Below, in pieces: positions 1 through 9,400 of a stretch of 64,000 nt of DNA. The notes beneath the pieces were generated by a model. It saw only the letters and a list, made by a program, of their open reading frames with translations. It had not been told where the DNA came from and ran no database searches. Every line of letters begins with the position of its first letter. The first letter of the stretch is position 1. Source of the DNA: an uncultured Gammaproteobacteria bacterium (GTDB lineage: Bacteria > Patescibacteriota > Microgenomatia > Levybacterales > GWA1-39-11); contig CAYVKP010000004.1 of the NCBI GenBank assembly GCA_964452165.1, positions 5,333 to 69,332 of the forward strand, read 5' to 3'. Made by a program: the position numbers and the translations under genes.

Positions 1-77
1 AAATGACAAGGGTGAAGACGAATTTGAAGAAATTGAGGTTTAGGAAATTGATTTTTGTTGTATAATCCCCATTTACT

Positions 78-818
78 ATGTCAGAGAGGCTTATTCCAAG
101 AGTTCTTGGAAATACGATTACAAGATTTAGAGATGCAGCTGGTCTTAATAGATATCGAGAAATATATACAGAAGAAGACTCGAGTCATCCCCTCCCGCTT
201 AAACAAAACTATAAAAATGGCAAACTTATTGGAATGACGGTTACTGCGTATCCTTGGAGCGAGGATAAGAGACTTTTTACCGATTTTACTCCTTCCTTCG
301 CTGAAGGCCCATGTAGCGTTGTTGGGGGTGGAGCCTATAAAACGGCCATTGCGGATCAGGGTGGAAGAAGCGATAAGGTTATTCTTCTTTATAACTGGCA
401 CGTATATGAAAGGCGCGAGGAGGCAGTTGCGGCAGCGAATAAAATAGGAGCGGTTCTTGATATGGCAAGTCAAGTCGCGCCAGGATACGTCTTGCCGTTC
501 GAGATGAAAGTTGACGAAATAGAAAACGGGTTTATGGTTTGCGAGATCCAACAAAGAGCTGAACCATTATCTATCGATCTTTTCGATCCCAAAACTGCTG
601 AAAAACTTGAAAGAGAAGCCGAAGAAACTAACTTCGATGGAACTCAAAGGCTTTATGACAGATTATTTAACGCTGGAATATCCCAAGCTCAAAACCACTT
701 AACGAGGTCGCGCGACGACTACTCATTTACAGAAATCTGCTGGGATCTTATAACCAACCACTTGGTTTCCCTAGATGTAGTTGATGACGTAGAAACAGGA
801 TTCGAACAGGTTCAATAG
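78..818 (+). CDS. hypothetical protein
   Basis: 246-aa ORF downstream of a TGTATAAT -10 box; no recognised motif. Confidence 0.7.
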   Translation: MSERLIPRVLGNTITRFRDAAGLNRYREIYTEEDSSHPLPLKQNYKNGKLIGMTVTAYPWSEDKRLFTDFTPSFAEGPCSVVGGGAYKTAIADQGGRSDKVILLYNWHVYERREEAVAAANKIGAVLDMASQVAPGYVLPFEMKVDEIENGFMVCEIQQRAEPLSIDLFDPKTAEKLEREAEETNFDGTQRLYDRLFNAGISQAQNHLTRSRDDYSFTEICWDLITNHLVSLDVVDDVETGFEQVQ

Positions 819-840
819 TCAAAGTTGGTATAATATCCTA

Positions 841-1677
841 ATGAAAGAGAAAATTGTCTTTTTTGGTGCCGGACCTTATGTTATCCCCGTAATTGAAGCG
901 TTAAGTAAAAATTTCGAACTCGTGATGGTTGTGACCAGCGAACCCCAGGGACCAACCATTTCATATTGTCAATCAAATAAGATTAATTATGTTTTTGTAA
1001 AGAATTCCTCCGAAATTTTAAAACATGAAGCAGAATTCAAAGACATTTCAGTTGCGGCACTTGCTTACTTTGGGATAATAGTCTCGGGTGAAGTTTTAAA
1101 ACTGTTTCCACTTGGAATAATTAACATTCACCCTTCCCTCTTACCTGCTTACCGAGGCCCAACTCCCGGCCAAGCTGCGCTTTTGAATGGAGATAAAACA
1201 ACCGGAGTATCAATTATGAAAATCGATTCTAAGGTGGACCATGGACCAACACTCTCACAAGTCGAGGAAAAAATTGAACCTCAGGATGACTCCGAAACTC
1301 TATATGCCCGACTTTTCAAAATTGGAGCCAATCTTCTTGTTAAAACAATACCAAAATATATTTCAGGCGAACTCAAACCAAAGGAACAAGATCATTCAAG
1401 AGCAACCTATACTGAGCGCGATCTTAAACGCGAATCAGGTTTAATAAAATTGGATGAGTCACCAAATATCGAACGACTCGACAGAATGATCAGGGCGTAT
1501 TATCCTTGGCCCGGCGTTTGGTTTAAAGCAAAATTGAACGGTTCCGAACGGATTGTAAAATTATTACCCAATCAAAAAATTCAAGTGGAGGGTAAAAGCG
1601 TTATGAGTTTAAAAGATTTTGGCAACGGATATCCTGAAGGCAAAGAAATTTTAGACAAACTCCATCTTAATGACTGA
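841..1677 (+). CDS. fmt: methionyl-tRNA formyltransferase
   Basis: INIHPSLLPAYRGPTP, D-GP and RAYYPWPG motifs. Confidence 0.95.
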   Translation: MKEKIVFFGAGPYVIPVIEALSKNFELVMVVTSEPQGPTISYCQSNKINYVFVKNSSEILKHEAEFKDISVAALAYFGIIVSGEVLKLFPLGIINIHPSLLPAYRGPTPGQAALLNGDKTTGVSIMKIDSKVDHGPTLSQVEEKIEPQDDSETLYARLFKIGANLLVKTIPKYISGELKPKEQDHSRATYTERDLKRESGLIKLDESPNIERLDRMIRAYYPWPGVWFKAKLNGSERIVKLLPNQKIQVEGKSVMSLKDFGNGYPEGKEILDKLHLND

Positions 1678-2704
1678 AAGAAATTACGCAATTGATTTTA
1701 TTCGTCTTGCTTCCATTATTGGAGTTGTTGTAATTCATACATCAACTTACTACATTGATAGAACTCCCCCGTTTTCATTTAATTTTTATATTCTACACGC
1801 AGTTAACCAAGTTTTTAGATTTGCAGTTCCTGCGTTTTTTGGGATATCAGGATTTTTACTCGCCCTAAAATATTCAAATATAGAATCTCCTCTCAAGTTT
1901 TACAAAAAAAGATTTTCAAGAATTCTGGTTCCTTATTTAATATGGACTCTTTTCTATTTTTTGATAATTTTCCCAAATCCCATAAAGTTGGTCTTATCCA
2001 GAATATTTCTAAATGATCTAATAACGGGAGACGCTTCTTACCAACTTTATTTTATTCCTGCAATAATTGTTTTGTATCTTCTCTTTCCTCTCATCGTTTA
2101 TTTCAAAAAGATATTCTTAACTAAATGGTTTATTGTTTTTTTGGGAGTTATAGAAATAATAATTCTATCCTATGTCTATTTCTACGAACCGAAAATATCA
2201 ATTATATCTCCTTTACCTCTTGGTTTTTACAATTTACTCCCATTTGTTCTAGGGATATACTCTGCCACCAGAATAAAAGATTTTAAAAGATTTGTCATCA
2301 ATAATAAAATTATGTTCTGGATGGTATCGATAACTTCAGTCCTTGTAATTTATTTTGAATCAATTTTCATGTTCCACAAGACAGGTAAGCCAATGTATTT
2401 AAGAGATCAATGGAGACCTAGTGTTTACGCTTATGGACCTGCTACTGCGGGCATTATTTATTACAAGTACCAAGACCGTTGGAATAAGGTCGTATCTTAC
2501 CTATCAGGTTTTACTTTTGGAGTTTTTTTTGTTCATGCGGCAATTCTCCACAACCTCTTGATTATATTTTACAAATACAAACTGTATGGTTTGACTTCTT
2601 TTGTGGTTAGCCTGACAATAACAATAGCTCTTTCTTTCTTATTTTGTATAGTACTGTCTAGAGTAAAACTTGTAAATAATATTTTGGGGTTAAGAGGCAC
2701 TTAA
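1670..2704 (+). CDS. acyltransferase family 3 (OafA/WecH-like membrane O-acyltransferase)
   Basis: IDFIR..VVIH, FAVPAFFGISG, KRFSRILVPY, FGVFFVH motifs; multiple TM helices. Confidence 0.88.
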   Translation: MTERNYAIDFIRLASIIGVVVIHTSTYYIDRTPPFSFNFYILHAVNQVFRFAVPAFFGISGFLLALKYSNIESPLKFYKKRFSRILVPYLIWTLFYFLIIFPNPIKLVLSRIFLNDLITGDASYQLYFIPAIIVLYLLFPLIVYFKKIFLTKWFIVFLGVIEIIILSYVYFYEPKISIISPLPLGFYNLLPFVLGIYSATRIKDFKRFVINNKIMFWMVSITSVLVIYFESIFMFHKTGKPMYLRDQWRPSVYAYGPATAGIIYYKYQDRWNKVVSYLSGFTFGVFFVHAAILHNLLIIFYKYKLYGLTSFVVSLTITIALSFLFCIVLSRVKLVNNILGLRGT

Positions 2705-2926
2705 AGCGGCGACCACAGGAGCTTCTTTTGAAGCCTTAACTTTTTTAACTTTCTTAAGAGTTTTGATGCAATTTGCGCATAATTTTACGCTAATTTTTCT
2801 TCCATCAACTTCAATCCTTTTTTTTTGAATGTTGGGACGAAAAGCATGGTTGCTTCTATTTTTTGCATGGGAAACGCGGTGTCCCCAAGAAATCCCCTTT
2901 CCACAATTATCACACTTGAATGCCAT
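2690..2926 (-). CDS. rpmB: 50S ribosomal protein L28
   Basis: CDNCGK..GHRVSHAKNRS..FRPNIQ..CANC. Confidence 0.95.
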   Translation of the reverse strand: MAFKCDNCGKGISWGHRVSHAKNRSNHAFRPNIQKKRIEVDGRKISVKLCANCIKTLKKVKKVKASKEAPVVAALSAS

Positions 2927-2974
2927 AGGTAGTCATTATACTAATTTTGAACTCAAAATTCAATCTTCTCATAT

Positions 2975-3011
2975 AAAAAGATCCTCCCGGAATTTCCAAA
3001 GAGGATCTTTT
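2975..3011 (-). terminator. intrinsic terminator after rplL
   Basis: AAAAGATCCTC...GAGGATCTTTT inverted repeat with A/T tracts. Confidence 0.7.
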
Positions 3012-3034
3012 CACTAAACAAATGAAAACGAACT

Positions 3035-3427
3035 CTATTTGAGTTCTACTGTTGCGCCTGCGGCGGTAAGTTTTTCTTTTGCTTCATCTGCTGTTTTTTT
3101 ATTGACTGCTGTCAATACTTCTTTTGGAGCTGCATCAACCAAATCTTTTGCTTCTTTAAGTCCCAATGTAGGAGCCAATTCTCTAAGTGTTTTTATAACT
3201 CCGAGCTTGTTTGCTCCGCTTGCTTGAATCCATACATTAAATACTGTTTGCTCTTCTGCCGGTTCTCCAGCATCTGCTGTCCCGCCTTGCGGAGCTTGCA
3301 TAGCCGCCACTGGTGCTGCTGCTGTCACTCCGAACTTCTCCTCAAGAGCTTTGACTAATTCGGATAAATCCAAAACAGACATTTCTTCGATAGCTTTTAA
3401 TAAATCTTCTTTTGACATCTTTGCCAT
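3035..3427 (-). CDS. rplL: 50S ribosomal protein L7/L12
   Basis: [31 protein letters not shown]. Confidence 0.97.
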   Translation of the reverse strand: MAKMSKEDLLKAIEEMSVLDLSELVKALEEKFGVTAAAPVAAMQAPQGGTADAGEPAEEQTVFNVWIQASGANKLGVIKTLRELAPTLGLKEAKDLVDAAPKEVLTAVNKKTADEAKEKLTAAGATVELK

Positions 3428-3428
3428 A

Positions 3429-4001
3429 TTAATTAGTCACCCCCTCACCTGTTTGCGAAGCGACCGGTGCAGGTGTTGCAATCGGTGCTGCCGCTTTTTT
3501 CTCCTCAATTGCTTTGAGCAATTGAGCGAGTTTCACGATGTTGGCGTTTAAGCCATAAACAAAATTTGAGATAGGTGCATTAAGCGTACCGAGTAATTTT
3601 GCGATCAAGACCTCTTTTGCCGGAAGTTTTGAAAGATCTCCTATCACAGATTCTTCAATAATTGAACCTTCAAAAACTCCGAACTTAATTTTTGGGAGTC
3701 CGTACTTTTTTACAAATGCGGTTAAAATTTTTGCCGTTTTAATTGGGTCAGCATATGAAAATAGTGTTGCGTATGGACCCTGAAGTCGCGCTTTTGCATC
3801 AATGCTTTTTTCCTGCAATGCCAAATTCATGAGAGTATTTTTGATAACTGCAATTTCTGAGTCATTGTCTTGAAGCTCACGACGTGCCTCCTCAAGCTGT
3901 TTGTGTGTAAGGCCTGCGTAGTCAACGAAAAACATGGCGGTAGCTTTTTCTACCTTCTGTTTTGCTAGATCTAAATTTTGTATGTTTTTCTGTGATGGCA
4001 T
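3429..4001 (-). CDS. rplJ: 50S ribosomal protein L10
   Basis: DYAGLT, KNTL and LSKLP motifs; directly upstream of rplL. Confidence 0.95.
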   Translation of the reverse strand: MPSQKNIQNLDLAKQKVEKATAMFFVDYAGLTHKQLEEARRELQDNDSEIAVIKNTLMNLALQEKSIDAKARLQGPYATLFSYADPIKTAKILTAFVKKYGLPKIKFGVFEGSIIEESVIGDLSKLPAKEVLIAKLLGTLNAPISNFVYGLNANIVKLAQLLKAIEEKKAAAPIATPAPVASQTGEGVTN

Positions 4002-4112
4002 AAAAAAACGCTCCTTTTCGAGCGCAAATGCGAACCCTTATGTTCGCTTGCCTCGGTAGGTCTTATTTGTTAGTTCACATTGAGTGAAACAAACGTGCCT
4101 ACTGTCTTAGGA
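4002..4112 (-). ncRNA. L10 leader (ribosomal protein autoregulatory cis-RNA) with attenuator hairpin
   Basis: Minus strand reads TAAGACAGTAGG...TAAGACCTACCGAGG, then GCGCTC-GAAAAG-GAGCG-TTTTTTT immediately before the rplJ ATG; matches the L10_leader pattern as recalled. Confidence 0.8.
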
Positions 4113-4157
4113 ATAAAGTATTCTAACAAAACACCGAAGTTAAATCAACAAGCAAGA

Positions 4158-5702
4158 CTAAAAGATTTTTCCAAGAACCGGAAGTTTCTTATCAAATCCC
4201 GTAAAACGCTCAACATCTGCCCTTGAAATATTCATTAGATCGTCTTCTCTCTCGCCCTCGGGGCAAAATTGCTTATATAAAATAGGGAGAAGGATAGTCA
4301 TAAATTCTCCAATTGTTATTGACTTGGTAGCCTGAATTATGCGCCTCCAATTCTCAGGGTCTTGATAAAGATACATGTCCATGCCACTTGCTGAGACTCT
4401 TTCTCCCCCGGCCTCAACAAAAGCCAGATGGGGCCTAAAGAATACAAAATCATCGGTTACAACATCTTGAGATTCCTCATGAGACTGCGTATCACCGAGT
4501 TCCTCGGTCATCTTCATATAGGCTTCTTTCATATCTGTTAGATATGTCGTTTGACTCGCTCCTCCACCCAAAAGGAGACCGTAGTAGAAGGAGAGAACAA
4601 TGAAGGTTAAAAGAAGACTTGGAATTAGCTCTTTGTTACGAATCGCAGATTCAATTGCCTCAGGTGTCAGAGAAACCGAATATGATCCGTCTCTCGTGAT
4701 TAATTTGTCTCCATCTCTCCCAAGTTGCATTCTGTATCCCTCCTTATTTAATCCCCAGAACAAAAAAGTCCCTGTCTGTTTTTCAGATTTAAAAGCACCA
4801 ATTATTCCATCAAAATATTTCTCTATCAAGGCATGATAATTTTTATCAAAAATAAGCCGACTGATTGGAGTATCTGCGTGAATGTGATAATCGAGCAAAA
4901 GCTCTAGGAGCACCTTCTCTTGCGACAACATAATATAGTTTGGAATTTGGTCACTTGAGAACGACGGGAAAAGCTTCTTCCACAAATGGTAGTTGGTTAC
5001 TGTAAGCTGATCTACGTAATCAGATTCTGCAAATGCATGAGGATTCATATAAACATCTTCTATAAGTGACTTCATTTTCGAAACATTCACCTCAGACTCC
5101 CCTTCTTTTGCAAAAGTATCGATTCTTTTTCTCATCTCCTCTATGTCATCGAATGTATAGGCGGGTGCATACAAAACCATTCGTGGGTCAACACTTCTGC
5201 CAAAAAATGGAAGCTGCTCATCTTCAAGTTTTTCTCCTCTGTATGCATTGAATTGAAATCCTCTTGAGAACGACAAATCGTTATTAAACGATACACCAGA
5301 GCAAGCGAGAATAATTAAATTTCTGAAGCGAGGATCAGCGTTGTTAAACAATGGAACAGAGCTATGAAGACCGGCATTAAGCATATGAGCGGTACCGATT
5401 GGTGCGGTGTGCTCGGCTGTTGAAACGCTATCGTTTCGCTTTAACTGTTTCTCAACCTCATCTGCAAGCGCCGTGCCAAGCAGCCTTGTCACCTCTTTTT
5501 TAATAACTGCGATGATCTCTTTCTTGCGTTCCTGAAAATGCTTGCCGGGGTTTGTCCTATTTTTTTGCTTGACATATGAATAGTAAGACATCTGGCCATA
5601 TCTATCCTTGATTTTTCGAATCTGGGGACGATTCTCCATTATCTTTTCTTCCATGCGATTGAGCATGTCCAAATTAACAGCAGGGGAAGGATTTTGATTC
5701 AT
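4158..5702 (-). CDS. conserved hypothetical protein (514 aa, soluble)
   Basis: Long ORF with enzyme-like motifs STAEH and GGGASQTTYL; function not recognised. Confidence 0.8.
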   Translation of the reverse strand: MNQNPSPAVNLDMLNRMEEKIMENRPQIRKIKDRYGQMSYYSYVKQKNRTNPGKHFQERKKEIIAVIKKEVTRLLGTALADEVEKQLKRNDSVSTAEHTAPIGTAHMLNAGLHSSVPLFNNADPRFRNLIILACSGVSFNNDLSFSRGFQFNAYRGEKLEDEQLPFFGRSVDPRMVLYAPAYTFDDIEEMRKRIDTFAKEGESEVNVSKMKSLIEDVYMNPHAFAESDYVDQLTVTNYHLWKKLFPSFSSDQIPNYIMLSQEKVLLELLLDYHIHADTPISRLIFDKNYHALIEKYFDGIIGAFKSEKQTGTFLFWGLNKEGYRMQLGRDGDKLITRDGSYSVSLTPEAIESAIRNKELIPSLLLTFIVLSFYYGLLLGGGASQTTYLTDMKEAYMKMTEELGDTQSHEESQDVVTDDFVFFRPHLAFVEAGGERVSASGMDMYLYQDPENWRRIIQATKSITIGEFMTILLPILYKQFCPEGEREDDLMNISRADVERFTGFDKKLPVLGKIF

Positions 5703-5810
5703 ATTTTGTTTTGAGGCCGCTATACTCGCCTTGGAAAGAAGTTGATTTTTCTATGCGATAACGCTTTCGTAGTAAGACAATTATACAGCTTTTAAGGCTA
5801 AAAGTCCATA

Positions 5811-5838
5811 TTGACAACCGGCGTAGTTCTTGTATAAT
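5811..5838 (+). promoter_or_regulatory. sigma70 promoter of tRNA-like gene
   Basis: TTGACA-16 nt-TATAAT, consensus hexamers. Confidence 0.8.
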
Positions 5839-5855
5839 TCATCTTCGTAGTTAAT

Positions 5856-5948
5856 GGAGGGGTCGCATAGCCGGCCCATTGCACCCAACCGTTTTCGGGC
5901 AAGTGTTCCGCTTGACGGAATCCGTACGTTCGAATCGTACCCCCTCCG
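5856..5948 (+). tRNA. tRNA-Ser-like (class II) with non-canonical anticodon arm; anticodon unassignable
   Basis: Acceptor GGAGGGG/CCCCTCC, discriminator G, D-arm, long variable arm TTCCG/CGGAA, T-arm GTACG-TTCGAAT-CGTAC; anticodon region does not form a 5-bp stem with 7-nt loop. Confidence 0.65.
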
Positions 5949-6003
5949 CACGTTTTTACCCTTCACCTTGCCTAAAAATCCCTGACACTGTATTATTAAT
6001 TCT

Positions 6004-7110
6004 ATGCGTATCGCAATTGCCGCCAGTCTACTCAAGGCAATCACCTCTGGGAGCACGGGAGGCACTGAAGCCTTCGCCCATCTTCTTGCCGAAGGCCTAG
6101 TGAAACAGGGAGTTGATACTACGCTTTTTGCAACGTCCGACAGCAAGACAAGCGCAAAACTCGTATCGGTCTGTAGTTCCACCCAAACCACTGATGTATA
6201 TGAGGGAAATGTCGAAATAAGAATGCCCTATCAACTTTTGCAAAGCGCGGAAATCATAAAGCGCGAAAGCGAATTTGATATTATTCACAATAATTATTTT
6301 GGATTTTTTGCCATGACCGCATTCTCACAATTTACAAAGCTTCCCGTTGTCACTACTATGCATAATCATTTCTGGCAATATCCCAACCTAAAAAAGATTC
6401 TGACTGAGACTGTTGTTAAGGGAAAGGATATTGTAGTGTTTCCTTCTCGCGCTTCCCAAAATTACGACAAAGGCCTTTTTGACTCAGAAGTTATTCTTCA
6501 TGGAATAGACATCTCTCCTTTCCCTTTCAATGCAAAATCTGAGGATTATTTTTTATTTTTAAGTAGATTGGTACCTGGCAAGGGAATAAAAGACGCGATG
6601 GACGCAGCAACCGTTGGGAGATTCAAGCTTCTTGTTGCGGGAGGAAAAGCAATTCTACCTGATGACAAGGAATTTATTGAAAAGAATGTAGATCCTTATT
6701 TTTCAGAAAGCATAGTGTATGATGGGGTTCCGGATGATACTAAGCGTCTTGAGCTTTATCAAAACGCAAAAGCCTTAATTTTTCCAACTCGTCTTGAAGA
6801 ACAGTTTGGACTGGTTGCGGCAGAAGCAATGGCTTGCGGAACTCCTGTTATCGCGTACAACCATGGAGCCCTTGCTGAAGTTGTTGAGGATGGAAAAACC
6901 GGGTTTATTGTTGATCCCGATAACGAAGACCGCCCCGGAAAAGGGTCATGGATCATTAAAAAACAGGGCGTTGAGGGAATTGTTGAAGCAGTAAGTAGAA
7001 TTGGTGAGATCGATAGGAATACTTGTCGCAGACACGTCGAGGATAATTTTACGCAGGAAAGAATGATCAAAGACTATATTAAACTTTACGAACGGTTGTT
7101 AAATAAGTAG
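6004..7110 (+). CDS. glycosyltransferase family 4
   Basis: GGTE N-terminal motif; EQFGLVAAEAMACGTPVI (EX7E). Confidence 0.92.
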   Translation: MRIAIAASLLKAITSGSTGGTEAFAHLLAEGLVKQGVDTTLFATSDSKTSAKLVSVCSSTQTTDVYEGNVEIRMPYQLLQSAEIIKRESEFDIIHNNYFGFFAMTAFSQFTKLPVVTTMHNHFWQYPNLKKILTETVVKGKDIVVFPSRASQNYDKGLFDSEVILHGIDISPFPFNAKSEDYFLFLSRLVPGKGIKDAMDAATVGRFKLLVAGGKAILPDDKEFIEKNVDPYFSESIVYDGVPDDTKRLELYQNAKALIFPTRLEEQFGLVAAEAMACGTPVIAYNHGALAEVVEDGKTGFIVDPDNEDRPGKGSWIIKKQGVEGIVEAVSRIGEIDRNTCRRHVEDNFTQERMIKDYIKLYERLLNK

Positions 7111-7116
7111 GTAAAA

Positions 7117-7518
7117 CTAGGCCAATTCTTCTGGCGCCCACTCACCTTTGTCTTTTTTCACGAAAACTCCAATTACTGGAACCTTGTTGCTTGTAAATTC
7201 TTTTATGAATTCTACGGCTCTCTGAATATCTTTTTTGTGAGTCGCATCATCCGTGGGATTACCAGCGCAATCCTGATGTCCGTCAACAATTATTCCTTTT
7301 GAACCATGCACGTTGATCGATAACAAAAGTTTTTCTTTGAGATCGTCAAAATATTCCGGATCCTGATTTTGAGCAATCATTTTCACAAAACCTGCATCGG
7401 AAATTTTATCCGGATATTTTGCTTTAAATTTTTCTTTTCCGAAGGTGGTTGTTGCTTCCTGAACGCGTCCGTCCATACAACCAATTACTGTAAAAAAAGA
7501 TTCATCTGCTTGCGACAC
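7117..7518 (-). CDS. putative beta-class carbonic anhydrase-like protein
   Basis: CMDGR and H-x-D-C zinc ligand pattern. Confidence 0.7.
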   Translation of the reverse strand: MSQADESFFTVIGCMDGRVQEATTTFGKEKFKAKYPDKISDAGFVKMIAQNQDPEYFDDLKEKLLLSINVHGSKGIIVDGHQDCAGNPTDDATHKKDIQRAVEFIKEFTSNKVPVIGVFVKKDKGEWAPEELA

Positions 7519-7551
7519 AAGAACCTATTATATAAGTGCTAGTAACAACTT

Positions 7552-8649
7552 TCAATATTTTATGGTAAATTTTCCATTCGAACTGCTAATAATTCCCGCA
7601 AGTTCCATTCCGGATAATATTACTGAGAGTTGAGAGATTGGAATCTTTGTCTCGCGAATAAGTTCGTCTATTGTTTTTTCTTCACCTTCAAGAGCATCGA
7701 GCACTTTTCGTTCCTCTTTTGTAAGTTTTAAACTTTTAATTTTATCGATTTGTTCGGAATTTGATATTTGAGATTTGAGATTTAACGAGTTCAAAATGTC
7801 TTGAGCATTTTGAACGAGTACGGCTCCTTGCTTTAATAATTTCAATGCACCACGGGATTGTTGGGAGGTAATTGGACCCGGGACGGCAAAAACTGTTTTT
7901 CCTTGACTTATTGCATGCTCTGCCGTGATTAGCGAACCACTCTCTTCTGCTGCTTCCGTGATTAAGACTGCCATTGAGATGCCAGCGACAATTCTATTTC
8001 TTGCCGGAAAAGTTCCGGGGTTAGCAGGCATTCCTAATGGATACTCGGAAACTACCAAACCGCGAGAATCCAGAATCTCCTCATAAAGTCTGTCATTTTC
8101 TCGCGGATAAGGACAGTCTACTCCGCAACCAAGAACTGCAATCGTCTCACCCTTGTTCTCCATTGTAGTCTTGTGGGCAATTGCATCTATGCCCATTGCC
8201 ATTCCTGAAACGATTATGAAACCTGATAGAACAAGTTCGCTTACTAAAGTTTCCGTAACCTGAAATCCGTAAGAAGTTGTCTTTCGCGCCCCAACTACTC
8301 CGATTAGCTTTTTCCCAAGCAACAACTCTTTGTTACCTTTAATATAAAGCCCAATTGGAGGACTATCGATTTGTGAAAGGCGAACCGGATAGTATTTATC
8401 GCCGAAGGGAATAAATTCTACTTTTGCTTTTTTGAGCCGTGCCAAGTAATCTTTAATGTCAAATGTCTTTCTGAATGATTCGAACTTTTCATAATATGCC
8501 TTCCCTACTCCCGCCTCTTTATATCTTTCCTGAGAACTTTCCTGCCATGCTTTTGCCGGTGATCCAAACAAACGAATCAAGTTCTGATAACTTTTTGGTC
8601 CAACACCAGTTGAGTTTGAAAATGCCAGCGCCGCAGCTCTATCATCCAT
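7552..8649 (-). CDS. dprA: DNA-processing protein DprA
   Basis: VVGAR, VSGMAMGIDAIAH, FPARNRIVAG, SGSLITA; C-terminal winged helix. Confidence 0.96.
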   Translation of the reverse strand: MDDRAAALAFSNSTGVGPKSYQNLIRLFGSPAKAWQESSQERYKEAGVGKAYYEKFESFRKTFDIKDYLARLKKAKVEFIPFGDKYYPVRLSQIDSPPIGLYIKGNKELLLGKKLIGVVGARKTTSYGFQVTETLVSELVLSGFIIVSGMAMGIDAIAHKTTMENKGETIAVLGCGVDCPYPRENDRLYEEILDSRGLVVSEYPLGMPANPGTFPARNRIVAGISMAVLITEAAEESGSLITAEHAISQGKTVFAVPGPITSQQSRGALKLLKQGAVLVQNAQDILNSLNLKSQISNSEQIDKIKSLKLTKEERKVLDALEGEEKTIDELIRETKIPISQLSVILSGMELAGIISSSNGKFTIKY

Positions 8650-8762
8650 GAAATAAGAATAACATAAGCAGTTTTCTCTTTCATTTTTCTTACCTCATAG
8701 TGCAAGTTGTCTTAAGCAAATCAGCCATAATTGTGGCAGATATAAGAAAGGAGGTGCAAAAT

Positions 8763-8972
8763 ATGGCAACAGAAATAGTACACGAACATGATCATACAGC
8801 AGGAGGAGATAGCTCAGGCGCAGTAGTAGGAATAATCCTACTGGCCATTCTCGTCTTATTCTTGGTTTATGCTTTTGGATCAGGTGCCTTCCGAGGTATT
8901 CTGGGTAATGGTGGGACCAACGTCCAGATTCCTGACAAGGTAAACGTCAACGTTCAAGGACCAGGTAAATAA
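8763..8972 (+). CDS. small single-TM membrane protein
   Basis: AGAAAGGAGGTG SD before ATG 8763; hydrophobic helix. Confidence 0.7.
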   Translation: MATEIVHEHDHTAGGDSSGAVVGIILLAILVLFLVYAFGSGAFRGILGNGGTNVQIPDKVNVNVQGPGK

Positions 8973-9400
8973 TATGTTTGAGGGGTATCAACCCCTGCAA
9001 GGAAAGCCTGTATCAAGGGTCTTAGTAATTGAATTAACGATCATATTCGCAGGAATGATGATGGCGCTTTACGTCTTTGGCTTTTCCTACGGATTCAAGG
9101 ATACCGGCGCTGCTCTTTCTTTTCCGGGGGTAGTAAATCACAAGTAATATTGCAGTCACATAATTTTTGTGGAATACTTGAGAGGTGAAGATTGACGAGC
9201 TGCTTAACAGGGTTACTGATTTCATCCTTAACTTTATGCCAGAAAAGTATAAGGAGCAGGTGAAAATTGTAGTGATCGCAATCGCAACCCTTGGAGTTCT
9301 TATTATTCTAGGAGCCTTCAGCTTCTCCATGCTCCACCAATTCTAACCTACTCCCGCTGACTTCATTGACAAGCTGAGCCCAACCTGAAATACTTTATGG

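Noticed and set aside
5781-6191. 136-aa minus-strand ORF and other shadow ORFs (e.g. 46930-47394, 58194-58793, 60245-60874)
   Set aside because: They are antisense to better-supported genes or the tRNA and have no motifs or start signals.
9034-9330. 98-aa ORF
   Set aside because: No motif and atypical composition; possibly a gene remnant, but not supportable.
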